The notes under the pieces: generated by a model
What the model saw: the letters and a program-made list of their open reading frames with translations, nothing else
What the model was told of the DNA's origin: nothing
Databases searched by the model: none
Program-made: the position numbers and the translations under genes
Shown here: piece after piece, positions 20,330-30,218 of the stretch
Layout of the letters: every line of letters starts with the position of its first letter
Numbering within the stretch: position 1 is the first letter of the stretch
Assembly (NCBI GenBank): GCA_028705495.1
Contig: JAQWDK010000004.1
Coordinates: 17,868-81,867, forward strand
From: Eubacteriales bacterium
Lineage (GTDB): Bacteria; Bacillota; Clostridia; Oscillospirales; CAG-382
Reading direction: 5' to 3'
Length of the DNA: 64,000 nt

Positions 20330-21349
20330 ATGAAGGAAAAACTCGAACAAATTCAAAAAGCTGCCATAGAGCAAATTGTTTCAGTCACGACTGCGGATGA
20401 GCTTGAGGCGGCTAAGGTCAAGTATTTAGGTAAAAAAGGTGAATTGACAGCTATTCTCCGAGGTATGGGTGCATTGACTGCAGAAGAAAGACCCATTGTC
20501 GGTCAGGTTGCGAATAATGTCAGAGAAGCCATCGAACAAGCGGTTTCCGACAAGCGTGCGCTTATAACAGCCGCAGAGCGTGAAAAACGCTTTGAGAAAG
20601 ATAAACTTGATGTGACGCTTCCCTCAAAAAGAAGAGGACTGGGTAGAATACACCCGATCACAAAGACAATTTACGAAGCTCGTCAGATATTTCTTGATAT
20701 GGGATTTACAATTGCCGAAGGACCGGAAATTGAGCTGGTTGAATACAATTTTGATGCCCTCAACGCTCCGAAAGATCATCCTTCAAGGGATATGACTGAT
20801 ACATTCTATATCGATAAATTAACGGTTCTCAGAACACAAACATCACCGGTTCAAGTCCGCGAGATGAGAGCTAACAAGCCCCCTATTCGCATTATTTCCC
20901 CGGGTAGAGTCTACCGCTGCGATCCTCCTGATGCAACTCATTCACCTGTGTTCCATCAGCTTGAAGGTCTTGTCGTTGACAAGGGTGTTTCTATGGGTGA
21001 CTTAAAGGGCACACTCGATATGTTCGCTCGCAAAATGTTCGGACCCGAAACACGCACAAGATTTAGACCGCATAATTTCCCCTTCACGGAGCCGTCTGCT
21101 GAAGTTGATGTTTCTTGCTTCGCCTGCGGCGGTAAAGGTTGCCGCTTCTGCAAGGGAGAGGGTTGGATTGAGATACTCGGAGCAGGAATGGTTCACCCGA
21201 ATGTGCTTGAGAGCTGCGGTATAGATTCTCATGTTTATACAGGGTTCGCTTTTGGTGTCGGTATGGACAGAGTTACGATACTCAAGAACAATATAGATGA
21301 TATGAGACTGCTTTTTGAGAACGACCTGCGCTTCTTGTCGCAGTTTTGA
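20330..21349 (+). CDS. pheS: Phenylalanine--tRNA ligase alpha subunit
   Basis: 339 aa. Class II motifs incl. FHQLEGLVVD and GFAFGVGMDR. Confidence 0.95.
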   Translation: MKEKLEQIQKAAIEQIVSVTTADELEAAKVKYLGKKGELTAILRGMGALTAEERPIVGQVANNVREAIEQAVSDKRALITAAEREKRFEKDKLDVTLPSKRRGLGRIHPITKTIYEARQIFLDMGFTIAEGPEIELVEYNFDALNAPKDHPSRDMTDTFYIDKLTVLRTQTSPVQVREMRANKPPIRIISPGRVYRCDPPDATHSPVFHQLEGLVVDKGVSMGDLKGTLDMFARKMFGPETRTRFRPHNFPFTEPSAEVDVSCFACGGKGCRFCKGEGWIEILGAGMVHPNVLESCGIDSHVYTGFAFGVGMDRVTILKNNIDDMRLLFENDLRFLSQF

Positions 21350-21383
21350 TTTGCATTTTAACGGAAAGGTTAGATTCTGAAGA

Positions 21384-23786
21384 ATGAAGGTATCATTAAA
21401 CTGGCTTCGTGACTATGTTGATGTTGATTGCTCTGTGAGCGAATACTCAAAATTAATGACAGACACCGGTACGAAGGTAGAAGAATACGAACAGCTCGGA
21501 GAAGAGCTGAAAAATATATATGTAGGCAAGGTGCTTAGCGTTGAAAAGCACAAGGATTCCGACCATTTGTTTATATGTAAGGTCGATATGGGCGACAAAA
21601 CACTCCAGATAGTAACAGGTGCGCAAAATGTTCTCGTCGGCTCTCTTGTACCCGTTGCCGTTGACGGCGCTGTCGTTGAAGGCGGAAAGAAGATTAAATC
21701 CGGTAAACTCCGCGGGGAACTTTCTGAAGGTATGCTTTGCTCACTGGAAGAATTGGGGCTTACAATAAATGATTTCCCTTATGCTGAAGAAGATGGCATA
21801 TTTCTGCTTCAGGAGGACTGTAAACCCGGCGACGATGTAAAGAAAGTCTGTATGCTTGAAGATACAGTCGTTGATTTCGAGCTCACTTTCAACCGTCCCG
21901 ACTGCCTTGCAATGCACGGAATAGCAAGAGAAAGCGCGGTTACTCTTGGTAAAGATTTAAGAATTAATGTTCCTGCTGTTGACGATAAAATAAAAAACGG
22001 CAAAATATCTCCAGCTGTTCTTAAGATCGATGTACTTGATAAAGAGCTTTGCCCGAGATACTGTGCGGCAATTATAAAGAATGTAAAAATCGAGCCGTCT
22101 CCGCTTTGGCTCCGCTCAAGACTTCGCACAATGGGTGTTCGCCCGATTAATAATATTGTCGATATAACAAACTATGTGATGCTCGAATACGGTCAGCCGA
22201 TGCACGCTTTTGATTATAATTACATCGGATCGAAACATATCGTCGTCAGACGCGCAAACAAAGATGAAAAAATCACAACCCTTGACGGAAATATTCGCGA
22301 GCTTACCGAAGATATGCTCGTTATAGCAGATGGCGGTAAGCCGGTAGCCCTTGCTGGCATTATGGGCGGCGAGAACAGCGAAATTCTTGACACTACAACG
22401 ACTGTTGTTTTTGAAAGCGCGAATTTCAGCCGTTCAAGCGTTAGAAAAACTGCGACTGCTCTTGGTATGAGAACGGAAAGCTCTGCAAGATTCGAAAAGG
22501 GTCTTCCTGCAGTCAGCGCAATGTCTGCACTGTTAAGAGCGATAGAGCTTGTAACGAAACTTAATGCAGGCGAACCGGAAGCTGGAATAATTGATGTAAA
22601 TAATGCGGATATAAGCTCTCATAAGGTGCCATTCGAACCGGAAAAAATTAATGCAATTCTCGGCACTTCGATCTCCGCAGATGAAATGGAAAGGCTTTTA
22701 AAACCTTTAGAAATCGTCAAAGACGGCAGCGACCCCAAAATGTTAATAGTCCCGCCGTTTAGAAACGACATTGAAAGAACTGCTGATATAGCTGAAGAAG
22801 TGGCACGACTTTACGGATACGACAAAATCGAAGCGACACTTTTTTCTGGTGCGGCAGTACCGGGCGGTCTTACTGACAAACAGAAGTTTGATACAATCCT
22901 GACAAAAACTGCAGCAACCCTTGGCTATTATGAGGTATATACCTATTCCTTTGTCAGCCCTGCGATTTATGGTATGCTCAGATACCCAGCCGACCATCCG
23001 GGCCGAAGCAGCATTAAAATCATAAACCCCCTCGGTGAAGATACGAGCATTATGAGAACATCTGCAGTGCCTTCTGTCTTAAAAACAGCGGCTTATAACT
23101 ACAGCCGCCGTGTAGAAGCGGTCAAGGTTTTCGAACATGGTCTTGTTTACATCCCCGACGATAACGGCGAACATAAGGAGAACAAGAGTTTAGTTGCTGT
23201 CGCCTATGGCGAAAACTACGACTTCTACGATATGAAGGGCTTTGCCGAAGATCTGCTTGAGTCAGTTGGTGTAATAGATGTCGACTTTGCAGCCGAAAGC
23301 GTTTCCTTCCTACAACCAGGCAGAAACGCGGTTATATCTGTAATGAACCGAGGTGTTAGTGTTGTCATCGGAAGGCTAGGGCAGCTCCATCCCGAGTGCG
23401 CACAAGAATTCGGATTACCGGAAGCTACATTTGTGTTAGAGCTCGATTGCGAAGTGCTGTATAATAACCTTCCTACCGCACACCAATACACACCGCTACC
23501 GATTTATCCTTCCGTGTCAAGAGATATTGCTCTTGTGTTTGGAGATGATATCCCAGCGGGTGATGTAAGAAGATGCATATCCGAAAGCGGAGGAAAACAG
23601 CTTGTTTCAGTCGATATTTTCGATGTTTATAAGGGTAAAGGCATACAGGAAGGCAAAAAGAGCGTAGCATACAGCCTTGTGCTTCAGAACAGAGAAAAGA
23701 CACTAAGCGATGAAGAAGCTGATGCAGTTGTCGCCAAAGTTCTTAAAAAAGTCAAGGAAAAATACGACGCTGATTTAAGACAATAA
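21384..23786 (+). CDS. pheT: Phenylalanine--tRNA ligase beta subunit
   Basis: 800 aa. N-terminal tRNA-binding (OB) domain, B3/B4 and B5 regions, C-terminal FDX-ACB-like domain. Follows pheS. Confidence 0.95.
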   Translation: MKVSLNWLRDYVDVDCSVSEYSKLMTDTGTKVEEYEQLGEELKNIYVGKVLSVEKHKDSDHLFICKVDMGDKTLQIVTGAQNVLVGSLVPVAVDGAVVEGGKKIKSGKLRGELSEGMLCSLEELGLTINDFPYAEEDGIFLLQEDCKPGDDVKKVCMLEDTVVDFELTFNRPDCLAMHGIARESAVTLGKDLRINVPAVDDKIKNGKISPAVLKIDVLDKELCPRYCAAIIKNVKIEPSPLWLRSRLRTMGVRPINNIVDITNYVMLEYGQPMHAFDYNYIGSKHIVVRRANKDEKITTLDGNIRELTEDMLVIADGGKPVALAGIMGGENSEILDTTTTVVFESANFSRSSVRKTATALGMRTESSARFEKGLPAVSAMSALLRAIELVTKLNAGEPEAGIIDVNNADISSHKVPFEPEKINAILGTSISADEMERLLKPLEIVKDGSDPKMLIVPPFRNDIERTADIAEEVARLYGYDKIEATLFSGAAVPGGLTDKQKFDTILTKTAATLGYYEVYTYSFVSPAIYGMLRYPADHPGRSSIKIINPLGEDTSIMRTSAVPSVLKTAAYNYSRRVEAVKVFEHGLVYIPDDNGEHKENKSLVAVAYGENYDFYDMKGFAEDLLESVGVIDVDFAAESVSFLQPGRNAVISVMNRGVSVVIGRLGQLHPECAQEFGLPEATFVLELDCEVLYNNLPTAHQYTPLPIYPSVSRDIALVFGDDIPAGDVRRCISESGGKQLVSVDIFDVYKGKGIQEGKKSVAYSLVLQNREKTLSDEEADAVVAKVLKKVKEKYDADLRQ

Positions 23787-23792
23787 AAGTTT

Positions 23793-23830
23793 TTCCCGAA
23801 GAACAACAACGTTCTTCGGGAAATTTTATC
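23793..23830 (+). terminator. Rho-independent terminator after pheT
   Basis: TTCCCGAAGAAC-aacaac-GTTCTTCGGGAA followed by attttat. Confidence 0.85.
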
Positions 23831-23866
23831 CTATTATAAAGTACGCTTTTTAAACGTAGTAGATTC

Positions 23867-23895
23867 TTGACTAAACTGACCAAACAATATATAAT
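23867..23895 (+). promoter_or_regulatory. Sigma-A promoter of the 23920-27065 cluster
   Basis: TTGACT (23867-72), 17-nt spacer, TATAAT (23890-95). Confidence 0.6.
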
Positions 23896-23919
23896 AATAT
23901 ATATTTACTTTATATTACA

Positions 23920-25797
23920 ATGGGGAGAGATACTGTGATTTCGAAAAGACAAGCATTTAATAGCGTTTTAGCAGTTTTTCTCGCCATTATGCTATTGTTT
24001 ACCTTCTGTTTTACAAGCGTTTCTGCAGCAGTTTACAACGCTGATGAGATTATTTCTATAATCGAAGGCGTTATCACAAAGAAAAAGACAGCGCTATACG
24101 GCAGCGGTGACATTTCTCTTTTTGGTGACGAGTTTTATAAAAGCGCAGGAAACCCTGCCTCCGATTGGTATGCGTTCAGCACTGGTAGACTTGGAACGGA
24201 AAACAATTATTCAGAATACCTTGCATTTTTAAAAAACTATGTAGAACAGAGATATGATGAAAACGGCGGTCTTGATGCGAGAAAAGCAACGGAATGGCAC
24301 AGGATTGCCCTTGCGGTGTTAGCGCTCGGTTCGGACCCGACGATGTTCGGTAAGACAAAAGACGAAAAAAATATAAACCTGATTGCAGATGGAGTATACA
24401 ATAGACCTGAAGGATCGCCTCTTTCTGCGCAGGGGAGTAACGCATACATTTGGGCTCTTATCACACTTGACTCAAACAGATACAAGGCACCTGAAGGAAC
24501 GAGAAACCGACTAATAAACGAAATACTGCGCTATCGCTTGGATGACGGTGGCTTTTCTCTTGATGGAAAAAACAGTGACACCGATGTCACAGCAATGGCG
24601 CTTCAAGCTCTTGCTCCCTATGTCAATAGCGAAGAACCGTATGAAGTGAATGATAAAACGCTTAAAATGTTCGAGATTGTTGACAAAGCACTCGATTTCT
24701 TATCTAAGACACAGAACGAAAACGGTAGCTTCTCTTCATGGGGTGCAGAAAACAGTGAAAGTACTGCACAGGTAATCACTGCTCTATGCGTGATTGGAAT
24801 AGATCCTCTAAATGATGAGCGTTTTATAAAAAACGGTTATAACCTTCTTGATGCACTCCTTGAATACAGAATGGACGACGGAGGTTTTGCTCATTTGTTG
24901 AAGCCCGGCGAAAAAACTGACGGTATAGCCGGTGAACAGGCTCTATACTCGCTTGTCGCGATGTACAGATATTACGGCGGTTTTCGTTCTCTCTATGATT
25001 TCAGAGAGGAACAAAGCGCAGAGCTGAAGGAAAGCATAGAAAATCTTCGGGAATCGATTAAAGAGCTGACAGATGATTCTACTGCTTCTGAAATAACAGC
25101 TGTTTATAATGACTATCTCTTGATACCGATAACTGAGAGAAGTTATGTTTCTGAATATCCGCATCTCTCAGCACTTATGCAAAAGTACTGTATCGAAAAT
25201 AGGTCTGAATTTTTAGCGGATTACATGGGTGAAAGAGATAATGGCAACGGTACGGTTACAGACCTTTTAGACAGTGGCGAGATAGTTTTTGATACTGTTT
25301 TTACACAGTCAGATACCGCAGAAGCTGAAGGAATCCTAGATGATTTATCTACTGAATATTATATAACTGTCATAAAACTTACTGACAAGCTCGAGAGAGC
25401 AACCAACAAATCAGATTACACGGAACTCCTTGAGCGTCTTTATAGCCTAAAGTCAGATATCGAAAACCTAAAAGATGAAATTGATGATATAAATGCGCAA
25501 ATTACGAACAAGCTCAGCCCATATAGCGAGCTAGAAAAAGGTGACGCGGAACTTATTAATTCTCTTATCGAGAGAACGGATAAATTATCCGAACACGACA
25601 GAGAACTGATAACAGGCTATGAAGTGTTGCTACAAGCAAAAGCGAAGCTTTCATACCTTGAAAGGCAACCATATATTTACGCAGGTATAATTGCTGTTTT
25701 AGTGTTACTTGTAGCTGTTCTTATGATAAGGATAAAGAAGCGCAAAGATGCAAAAAAATTCCTGAGATGGAGGAGTGAGGATAATTATTTTAGGTAG
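23920..25797 (+). CDS. Surface-anchored prenyltransferase/squalene-oxidase-repeat (alpha/alpha toroid) protein with coiled-coil stalk and C-terminal TM anchor
   Basis: 625 aa. Signal peptide (AVFLAIMLLFTFCFTSVSAA). Repeated DDGGF(S/A) plus aromatic repeats (RLDDGGFSL, RMDDGGFAHL, NENGSFSSWG) typical of terpenoid-cyclase-like toroids. Coiled coil, then PYIYAGIIAVLVLLVAVLMIRIKKRK. Confidence 0.55.
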   Translation: MGRDTVISKRQAFNSVLAVFLAIMLLFTFCFTSVSAAVYNADEIISIIEGVITKKKTALYGSGDISLFGDEFYKSAGNPASDWYAFSTGRLGTENNYSEYLAFLKNYVEQRYDENGGLDARKATEWHRIALAVLALGSDPTMFGKTKDEKNINLIADGVYNRPEGSPLSAQGSNAYIWALITLDSNRYKAPEGTRNRLINEILRYRLDDGGFSLDGKNSDTDVTAMALQALAPYVNSEEPYEVNDKTLKMFEIVDKALDFLSKTQNENGSFSSWGAENSESTAQVITALCVIGIDPLNDERFIKNGYNLLDALLEYRMDDGGFAHLLKPGEKTDGIAGEQALYSLVAMYRYYGGFRSLYDFREEQSAELKESIENLRESIKELTDDSTASEITAVYNDYLLIPITERSYVSEYPHLSALMQKYCIENRSEFLADYMGERDNGNGTVTDLLDSGEIVFDTVFTQSDTAEAEGILDDLSTEYYITVIKLTDKLERATNKSDYTELLERLYSLKSDIENLKDEIDDINAQITNKLSPYSELEKGDAELINSLIERTDKLSEHDRELITGYEVLLQAKAKLSYLERQPYIYAGIIAVLVLLVAVLMIRIKKRKDAKKFLRWRSEDNYFR

Positions 25798-26317
25798 AAA
25801 AAAGGACATTCTTATAATTTTTTTAGCTATACTTCTTATTGCCGTACTTGTGCACGGTGTGGAGATACAGTCAGTCGAGGAATATTATCTCACTCATATT
25901 GATGATATAAACTCAGACTCTGAAACTGTAACCCTGTCAATAGACTGCTCGTCTATACTTGAAAATTACGATAAATTAGATAAATCACTCCGTGATGAAA
26001 AATTTGTGCCTGAAGATGGAATTATACTTCCAAAGACTCGGTTAGTTCTCCGCCAAGGTGATACCGCTTTTGATGTACTAAACCGTGCCACCAAAAAATA
26101 TAGAATCCATATGGAATATCAAGGTGCTGACCTTAACGCTTTCAGTAGTGTTTACATTAAAGGCATCAACTATATTTATGAGTTTTCCTGCGGCGAGACC
26201 TCCGGTTGGACCTACTTGGTAAACGGTCTTTTTCCCGACCAAGGTATTTCTCAGTACAAATTAAAAGACGGTGATGTACTTGAGCTTATATATAGTTGCG
26301 AGCTAAACATCAGATAA
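25775..26317 (+). CDS. DUF4430-like secreted/anchored beta-domain protein
   Basis: 180 aa. N-terminal TM/signal, then a small domain ending GWTYLVNGLFPDQGISQYKLKDGDVLELIY, as in the DUF4430/transcobalamin beta-domain family (recalled from memory). GTG start overlaps the upstream gene. Confidence 0.5.
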   Translation: MRIIILGRKKDILIIFLAILLIAVLVHGVEIQSVEEYYLTHIDDINSDSETVTLSIDCSSILENYDKLDKSLRDEKFVPEDGIILPKTRLVLRQGDTAFDVLNRATKKYRIHMEYQGADLNAFSSVYIKGINYIYEFSCGETSGWTYLVNGLFPDQGISQYKLKDGDVLELIYSCELNIR

Positions 26318-26333
26318 TATAAGAGGTTGGGTT

Positions 26334-27065
26334 ATGAAGCTTTTACGAAAAGAAAACGGTAAACTTGATTGGCGACGAATAGTAGGCCTAATTGTTCTGA
26401 TAACACTTGTTCTATCAATCGTATACGCAATTATTATGGTTATCTCATCCCCTTCAGATACTAATCCAGGAGAACACCAGAAATTAAAGAGCGACTATCT
26501 TCTGATGATTTCTCAGTGCATTCTCGGTATAATCGTTATGGCAGTACCGTCTGTTATCGAAAAACGTTTTTCGCTCAGACTTCCTAATTTTATGTACATC
26601 CTTTACTTTGTTTTCCTATACTGCGCAATTTATCTCGGTGAAGTTCGGAGTTTTTATTTTGTTATCCCCCATTGGGACACAATTCTACACTCAATGAGCG
26701 CAGCGATGCTTGGCGCATTCGGGTTTATTATCATTGAAACAATGGGTAAATCAAAACGCTGTAAAATTAATCTAAGCGCTGGATTTATCGCCTTCTTTGC
26801 ATTTTGTTTCGCCCTGACTGTCGGCACTGTCTGGGAAATATATGAGTACCTTGCAGATGGACTATTCGGATTCAATATGCAAAAATTTACGCTTGAGGGT
26901 GGAGAAAACCTTATCGGAAGAGCAGCCCTTGTGGATACAATGGAGGATTTGATAACGGATGCAATAAGCGCAGTTATCATCTCGCTCGTTGGATATGCTG
27001 CATATAAACGTAACGAAAAGAAGAATGCAGTGAGAAGCGACTGCGTTTGTGAAACAGTAGAATAA
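26334..27065 (+). CDS. Six-TM membrane protein of unknown function
   Basis: 243 aa, 6 predicted TM helices. HWDTILHSMSAAMLG and WEIYEYLADG motifs. No confident family assignment. Confidence 0.4.
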   Translation: MKLLRKENGKLDWRRIVGLIVLITLVLSIVYAIIMVISSPSDTNPGEHQKLKSDYLLMISQCILGIIVMAVPSVIEKRFSLRLPNFMYILYFVFLYCAIYLGEVRSFYFVIPHWDTILHSMSAAMLGAFGFIIIETMGKSKRCKINLSAGFIAFFAFCFALTVGTVWEIYEYLADGLFGFNMQKFTLEGGENLIGRAALVDTMEDLITDAISAVIISLVGYAAYKRNEKKNAVRSDCVCETVE

Positions 27066-30000
27066 TTGAGCCGGAGGGATTTTGTGAATAAACTTCACAT
27101 CGGAAAAAACGACGGACTGGTCTACAAAAAGATAACTGCGGACAATTATGACGCGGCTTGTTCATTATGCATTAGGGTTTTCGATAAGCAAGTCGCGCCA
27201 CTCAATCCTCCCCATGGAAGGGACACTTTTGTCAAATTCGTTACAGGTCAACCCTTAAAACAGACTTTTGATAACGGAGAGGTGTTTTTTCACGGCTGTT
27301 TTGATACAAATATATCGCCCGAAAGGCTCGTTGGAATAATAGCCGTTAAATTTATTAGAAGACAGCCGCATATTTCGCTGCTGTTTGTTTTAGATGAGTA
27401 TTCTGGCAAGGGAATAGGCGCTGAACTAATTAGGATCGGTGTCGGTAATGCAAAAAGTGTCACTGTCAATGCAAGCATAAACGCAGAAGAATTTTATAAA
27501 AAGCAAGGTTTCAGGCGAACAGCTGGTGTTGTTTTTGAGGACGGGTTAAAAACTATACCGATGAAAAAGACTGAAGACCGAAAAACAATGAAGCTCTTCT
27601 CTGGTGTGCTCTCGGTTATACTTCCTGTACTGATTGCACTTATTGCGCTATACGCAAATGGTATCTCACCGTTCGGAGAAAAAAGTTTTTTGATTTACGA
27701 TTTAAAAAGTCAATATATTGATTTTTATAACTCATTTTCAAGAATATTTTCCGGTGATTTATTCTACAGCTTTTCACGCACTCTCGGTGGAGACAATTTC
27801 ACACTAAACGCCTACTATCTTTTTTCGCCGTTTAACCTGATTTTACTTTTCTTTTCAAAGGAATCTATGGCTGATGGAGTGCTTGTTCTCTATCTGCTAA
27901 AAACCACAGCTTCTGGATTTTCTTTTGCGTTTGTGATGCAAAAGACATCACTAATAAACAGGTGTGGCAGAGTATTTTACATAATGCTCCCTGCAGTCGC
28001 TACAGCTTACGCATTATGCGGTTTCGCAGTATCCTATTCTCTTAATGTGTTCTGGCTTGATGCACTTGTGCTTTTGCCGTTTTTGTCACTGGCGTTGGAA
28101 AAAGCAATTAAAGGAAAGCCTGTTTCATACATAGTCATCACAACACTTTCGCTGATGATAAACTTTTATTTTGGGTTTATGCTTGTTATATTTTCACTAA
28201 CATCATTTTTCGCATACTCGAAAATTTTAAGTTCATCATATAAAACAATTCATTTTAGAAAATTTATAAAATTTACCTCTATCGGTTGTATGTTATCAGG
28301 TTTTGTTACCGTTCCGGTGCTGTTCGGCCTCTTAACGACGAAGCTTTCAACCTCCAATCCTCTGTATGCGATATTTAGCTCCGCAGGAAGTTACGAATCG
28401 CTCTCGATGATTGGGATACTACTTTTAGTTGTTGCAATAGTGATAACCTTGATTCAAGTAGGCGAGCGTTTTTTGCCAAACAATAAAAAAAGCTTAGAAA
28501 AAGAAAAAAAGTTTTCGCTTCATTTCGTTGATCCAGAGGTTAAGAAACTGATTATCCCGCTTGCGGCTGCTATAATTATTTTTTGGATGTTTATACAGTT
28601 CGACTTAACCTCCTCTTTGTTCTTGTCTCTTTTCCCGACAAATCAGGATGTTAATGTACCACCACTTTTTATAACTATGACGGGTGCTGTTTTTGCTCTC
28701 ATTTTTGTTTTCCTAAATAGAATAGATAAAGAAAAAAGAATCGCGCTATCCATGCTTAGCGCTTTTTGGCTTCTTACACTATTAATAAAACCGCTTTATC
28801 TTGTTTTACATATGGGACAGCAACCACTGTCTTATCCAGGCAGATATATTTTTATAATTTCATTCCTTCTACTGCAAAATGCAATGATCGCATCAGGTAG
28901 AATTTCAGTACACAAATGCGGTGATGGAGCCATAAGGGACAACTCCCCAGTACGCATAGCAGCTCTAATTAGTGTTGCTTTGCTTATGGTTTTTGAAACA
29001 TCAGTGAATGCTTTCCTCGTCTTTAGAAACAACGAAAGTTCATACTACGGTTATACTGATAGAAACGCATATATTAAATATGTCAAAAACAATGATGCGG
29101 TAATCGAAAAAGTAAAAGAATCAGAAAAAAGTTTTTTTAGAACTGAAAAAACTTATAACCGATCGCTAAATGACGCTTACACTTTTAACACAAGCGGTAT
29201 TTCTCACTATTCCTCGATGTATGAAAATGAGATTATCAATACTCTAAACCTAATGGGTTTGTCCGCAAGCGCGTACTGGGTACAGTACAAAGGCTCAACA
29301 CCAGTTACGGATATGCTCTTCGGCATAGATTATGTGCTTGATGACAACATCCTTACTACGTTTTATCAGGAAAAGTATTATAAAAAGCAGTTTTCCGAAA
29401 ATGGGATAAGTGTTTATAAAAACCCTTATTCGCTAAATCTTGCAATAGCGGTTCAGAGTGAAGCTGAAAATCTAAGGGCTGATACGATAGATCCGTTCAT
29501 GCTTCAAAATAACTATGTAAAAGCTGTCACAGGAGCTGAACTACAGCCTTTTTCCATTGTTAACAGTTACGAAAGAGAAGAAACAGTCTTTTCGGATGGC
29601 AGCAATTACGGAAAAGAAGATAATGGTAAAACAGAGAACATCACCTATACCTTTGAGCTGGAAAAAAGCGGCGGGCTGTTTATGTGCATTAAATACGGCA
29701 CAAGGCCGGTCAGAATCTTTGTAAATGGTGAGTACATTACGCATTATTTCACACATGATACGAGTGGTAGTGTTTATCTCGGTGATTTTTCATCAGGGGA
29801 TGAGGTCATTATTTCCCTGGAAGCAAATATTGGGATGGGTGAGAGTGTTGTTGGGATAAAAGAGGAAAACGAATTTTTTGCTGTCCTTGATATAGATAAA
29901 CTTCAAAATATAGTCGACTCCATCAAAGATAAAACAAAAGTTTTAAAAGCGGAGTCAGGCAAAATCAATATCATTGTAGAGAATGGACAAGATTTGATGC

Positions 30001-30215
30001 TGACACTGCCTTATTCGCCGGGATGGAAGGCAAAGGTTGACGGTGTGGCAACTGAGACTTTCAATATCGGAAGCGGTTTTCTCGGAGTTGAATTACTAAA
30101 CAGCGGAGAACACAGCGTCGAGCTTGTTTATACGCCTCCTGGCCTTGGTAGGGGAGCGATAATAACGGTTCTTGGTGTTATTGCTTTGGTTTTAGTCCTG
30201 ACGAAGAAGAAATAA
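27066..30215 (+). CDS. GNAT N-acetyltransferase domain fused to a YfhO-family polytopic membrane (glycosyl)transferase
   Basis: 1049 aa with no stop between the parts. Residues ~20-165 are GNAT-like (YSGKGIGAELIRIG, EEFYKKQGFRR). From MKLFSGVLSVILPVLIALIALYANGISPFGEKSFLIYDLKSQYIDFY onward it has the YfhO-like N-terminus, >12 TM helices and a large C-terminal ectodomain. Confidence 0.65.
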   Translation: MSRRDFVNKLHIGKNDGLVYKKITADNYDAACSLCIRVFDKQVAPLNPPHGRDTFVKFVTGQPLKQTFDNGEVFFHGCFDTNISPERLVGIIAVKFIRRQPHISLLFVLDEYSGKGIGAELIRIGVGNAKSVTVNASINAEEFYKKQGFRRTAGVVFEDGLKTIPMKKTEDRKTMKLFSGVLSVILPVLIALIALYANGISPFGEKSFLIYDLKSQYIDFYNSFSRIFSGDLFYSFSRTLGGDNFTLNAYYLFSPFNLILLFFSKESMADGVLVLYLLKTTASGFSFAFVMQKTSLINRCGRVFYIMLPAVATAYALCGFAVSYSLNVFWLDALVLLPFLSLALEKAIKGKPVSYIVITTLSLMINFYFGFMLVIFSLTSFFAYSKILSSSYKTIHFRKFIKFTSIGCMLSGFVTVPVLFGLLTTKLSTSNPLYAIFSSAGSYESLSMIGILLLVVAIVITLIQVGERFLPNNKKSLEKEKKFSLHFVDPEVKKLIIPLAAAIIIFWMFIQFDLTSSLFLSLFPTNQDVNVPPLFITMTGAVFALIFVFLNRIDKEKRIALSMLSAFWLLTLLIKPLYLVLHMGQQPLSYPGRYIFIISFLLLQNAMIASGRISVHKCGDGAIRDNSPVRIAALISVALLMVFETSVNAFLVFRNNESSYYGYTDRNAYIKYVKNNDAVIEKVKESEKSFFRTEKTYNRSLNDAYTFNTSGISHYSSMYENEIINTLNLMGLSASAYWVQYKGSTPVTDMLFGIDYVLDDNILTTFYQEKYYKKQFSENGISVYKNPYSLNLAIAVQSEAENLRADTIDPFMLQNNYVKAVTGAELQPFSIVNSYEREETVFSDGSNYGKEDNGKTENITYTFELEKSGGLFMCIKYGTRPVRIFVNGEYITHYFTHDTSGSVYLGDFSSGDEVIISLEANIGMGESVVGIKEENEFFAVLDIDKLQNIVDSIKDKTKVLKAESGKINIIVENGQDLMLTLPYSPGWKAKVDGVATETFNIGSGFLGVELLNSGEHSVELVYTPPGLGRGAIITVLGVIALVLVLTKKK

Positions 30216-30218
30216 TTA

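Noticed and set aside
23831-23919. Cobalamin riboswitch upstream of the toroid/DUF4430 cluster
   Set aside because: The leader is ~25 nt after the predicted -10. A B12 riboswitch needs ~200 nt, and no B12-box-like GCCACTG is present.
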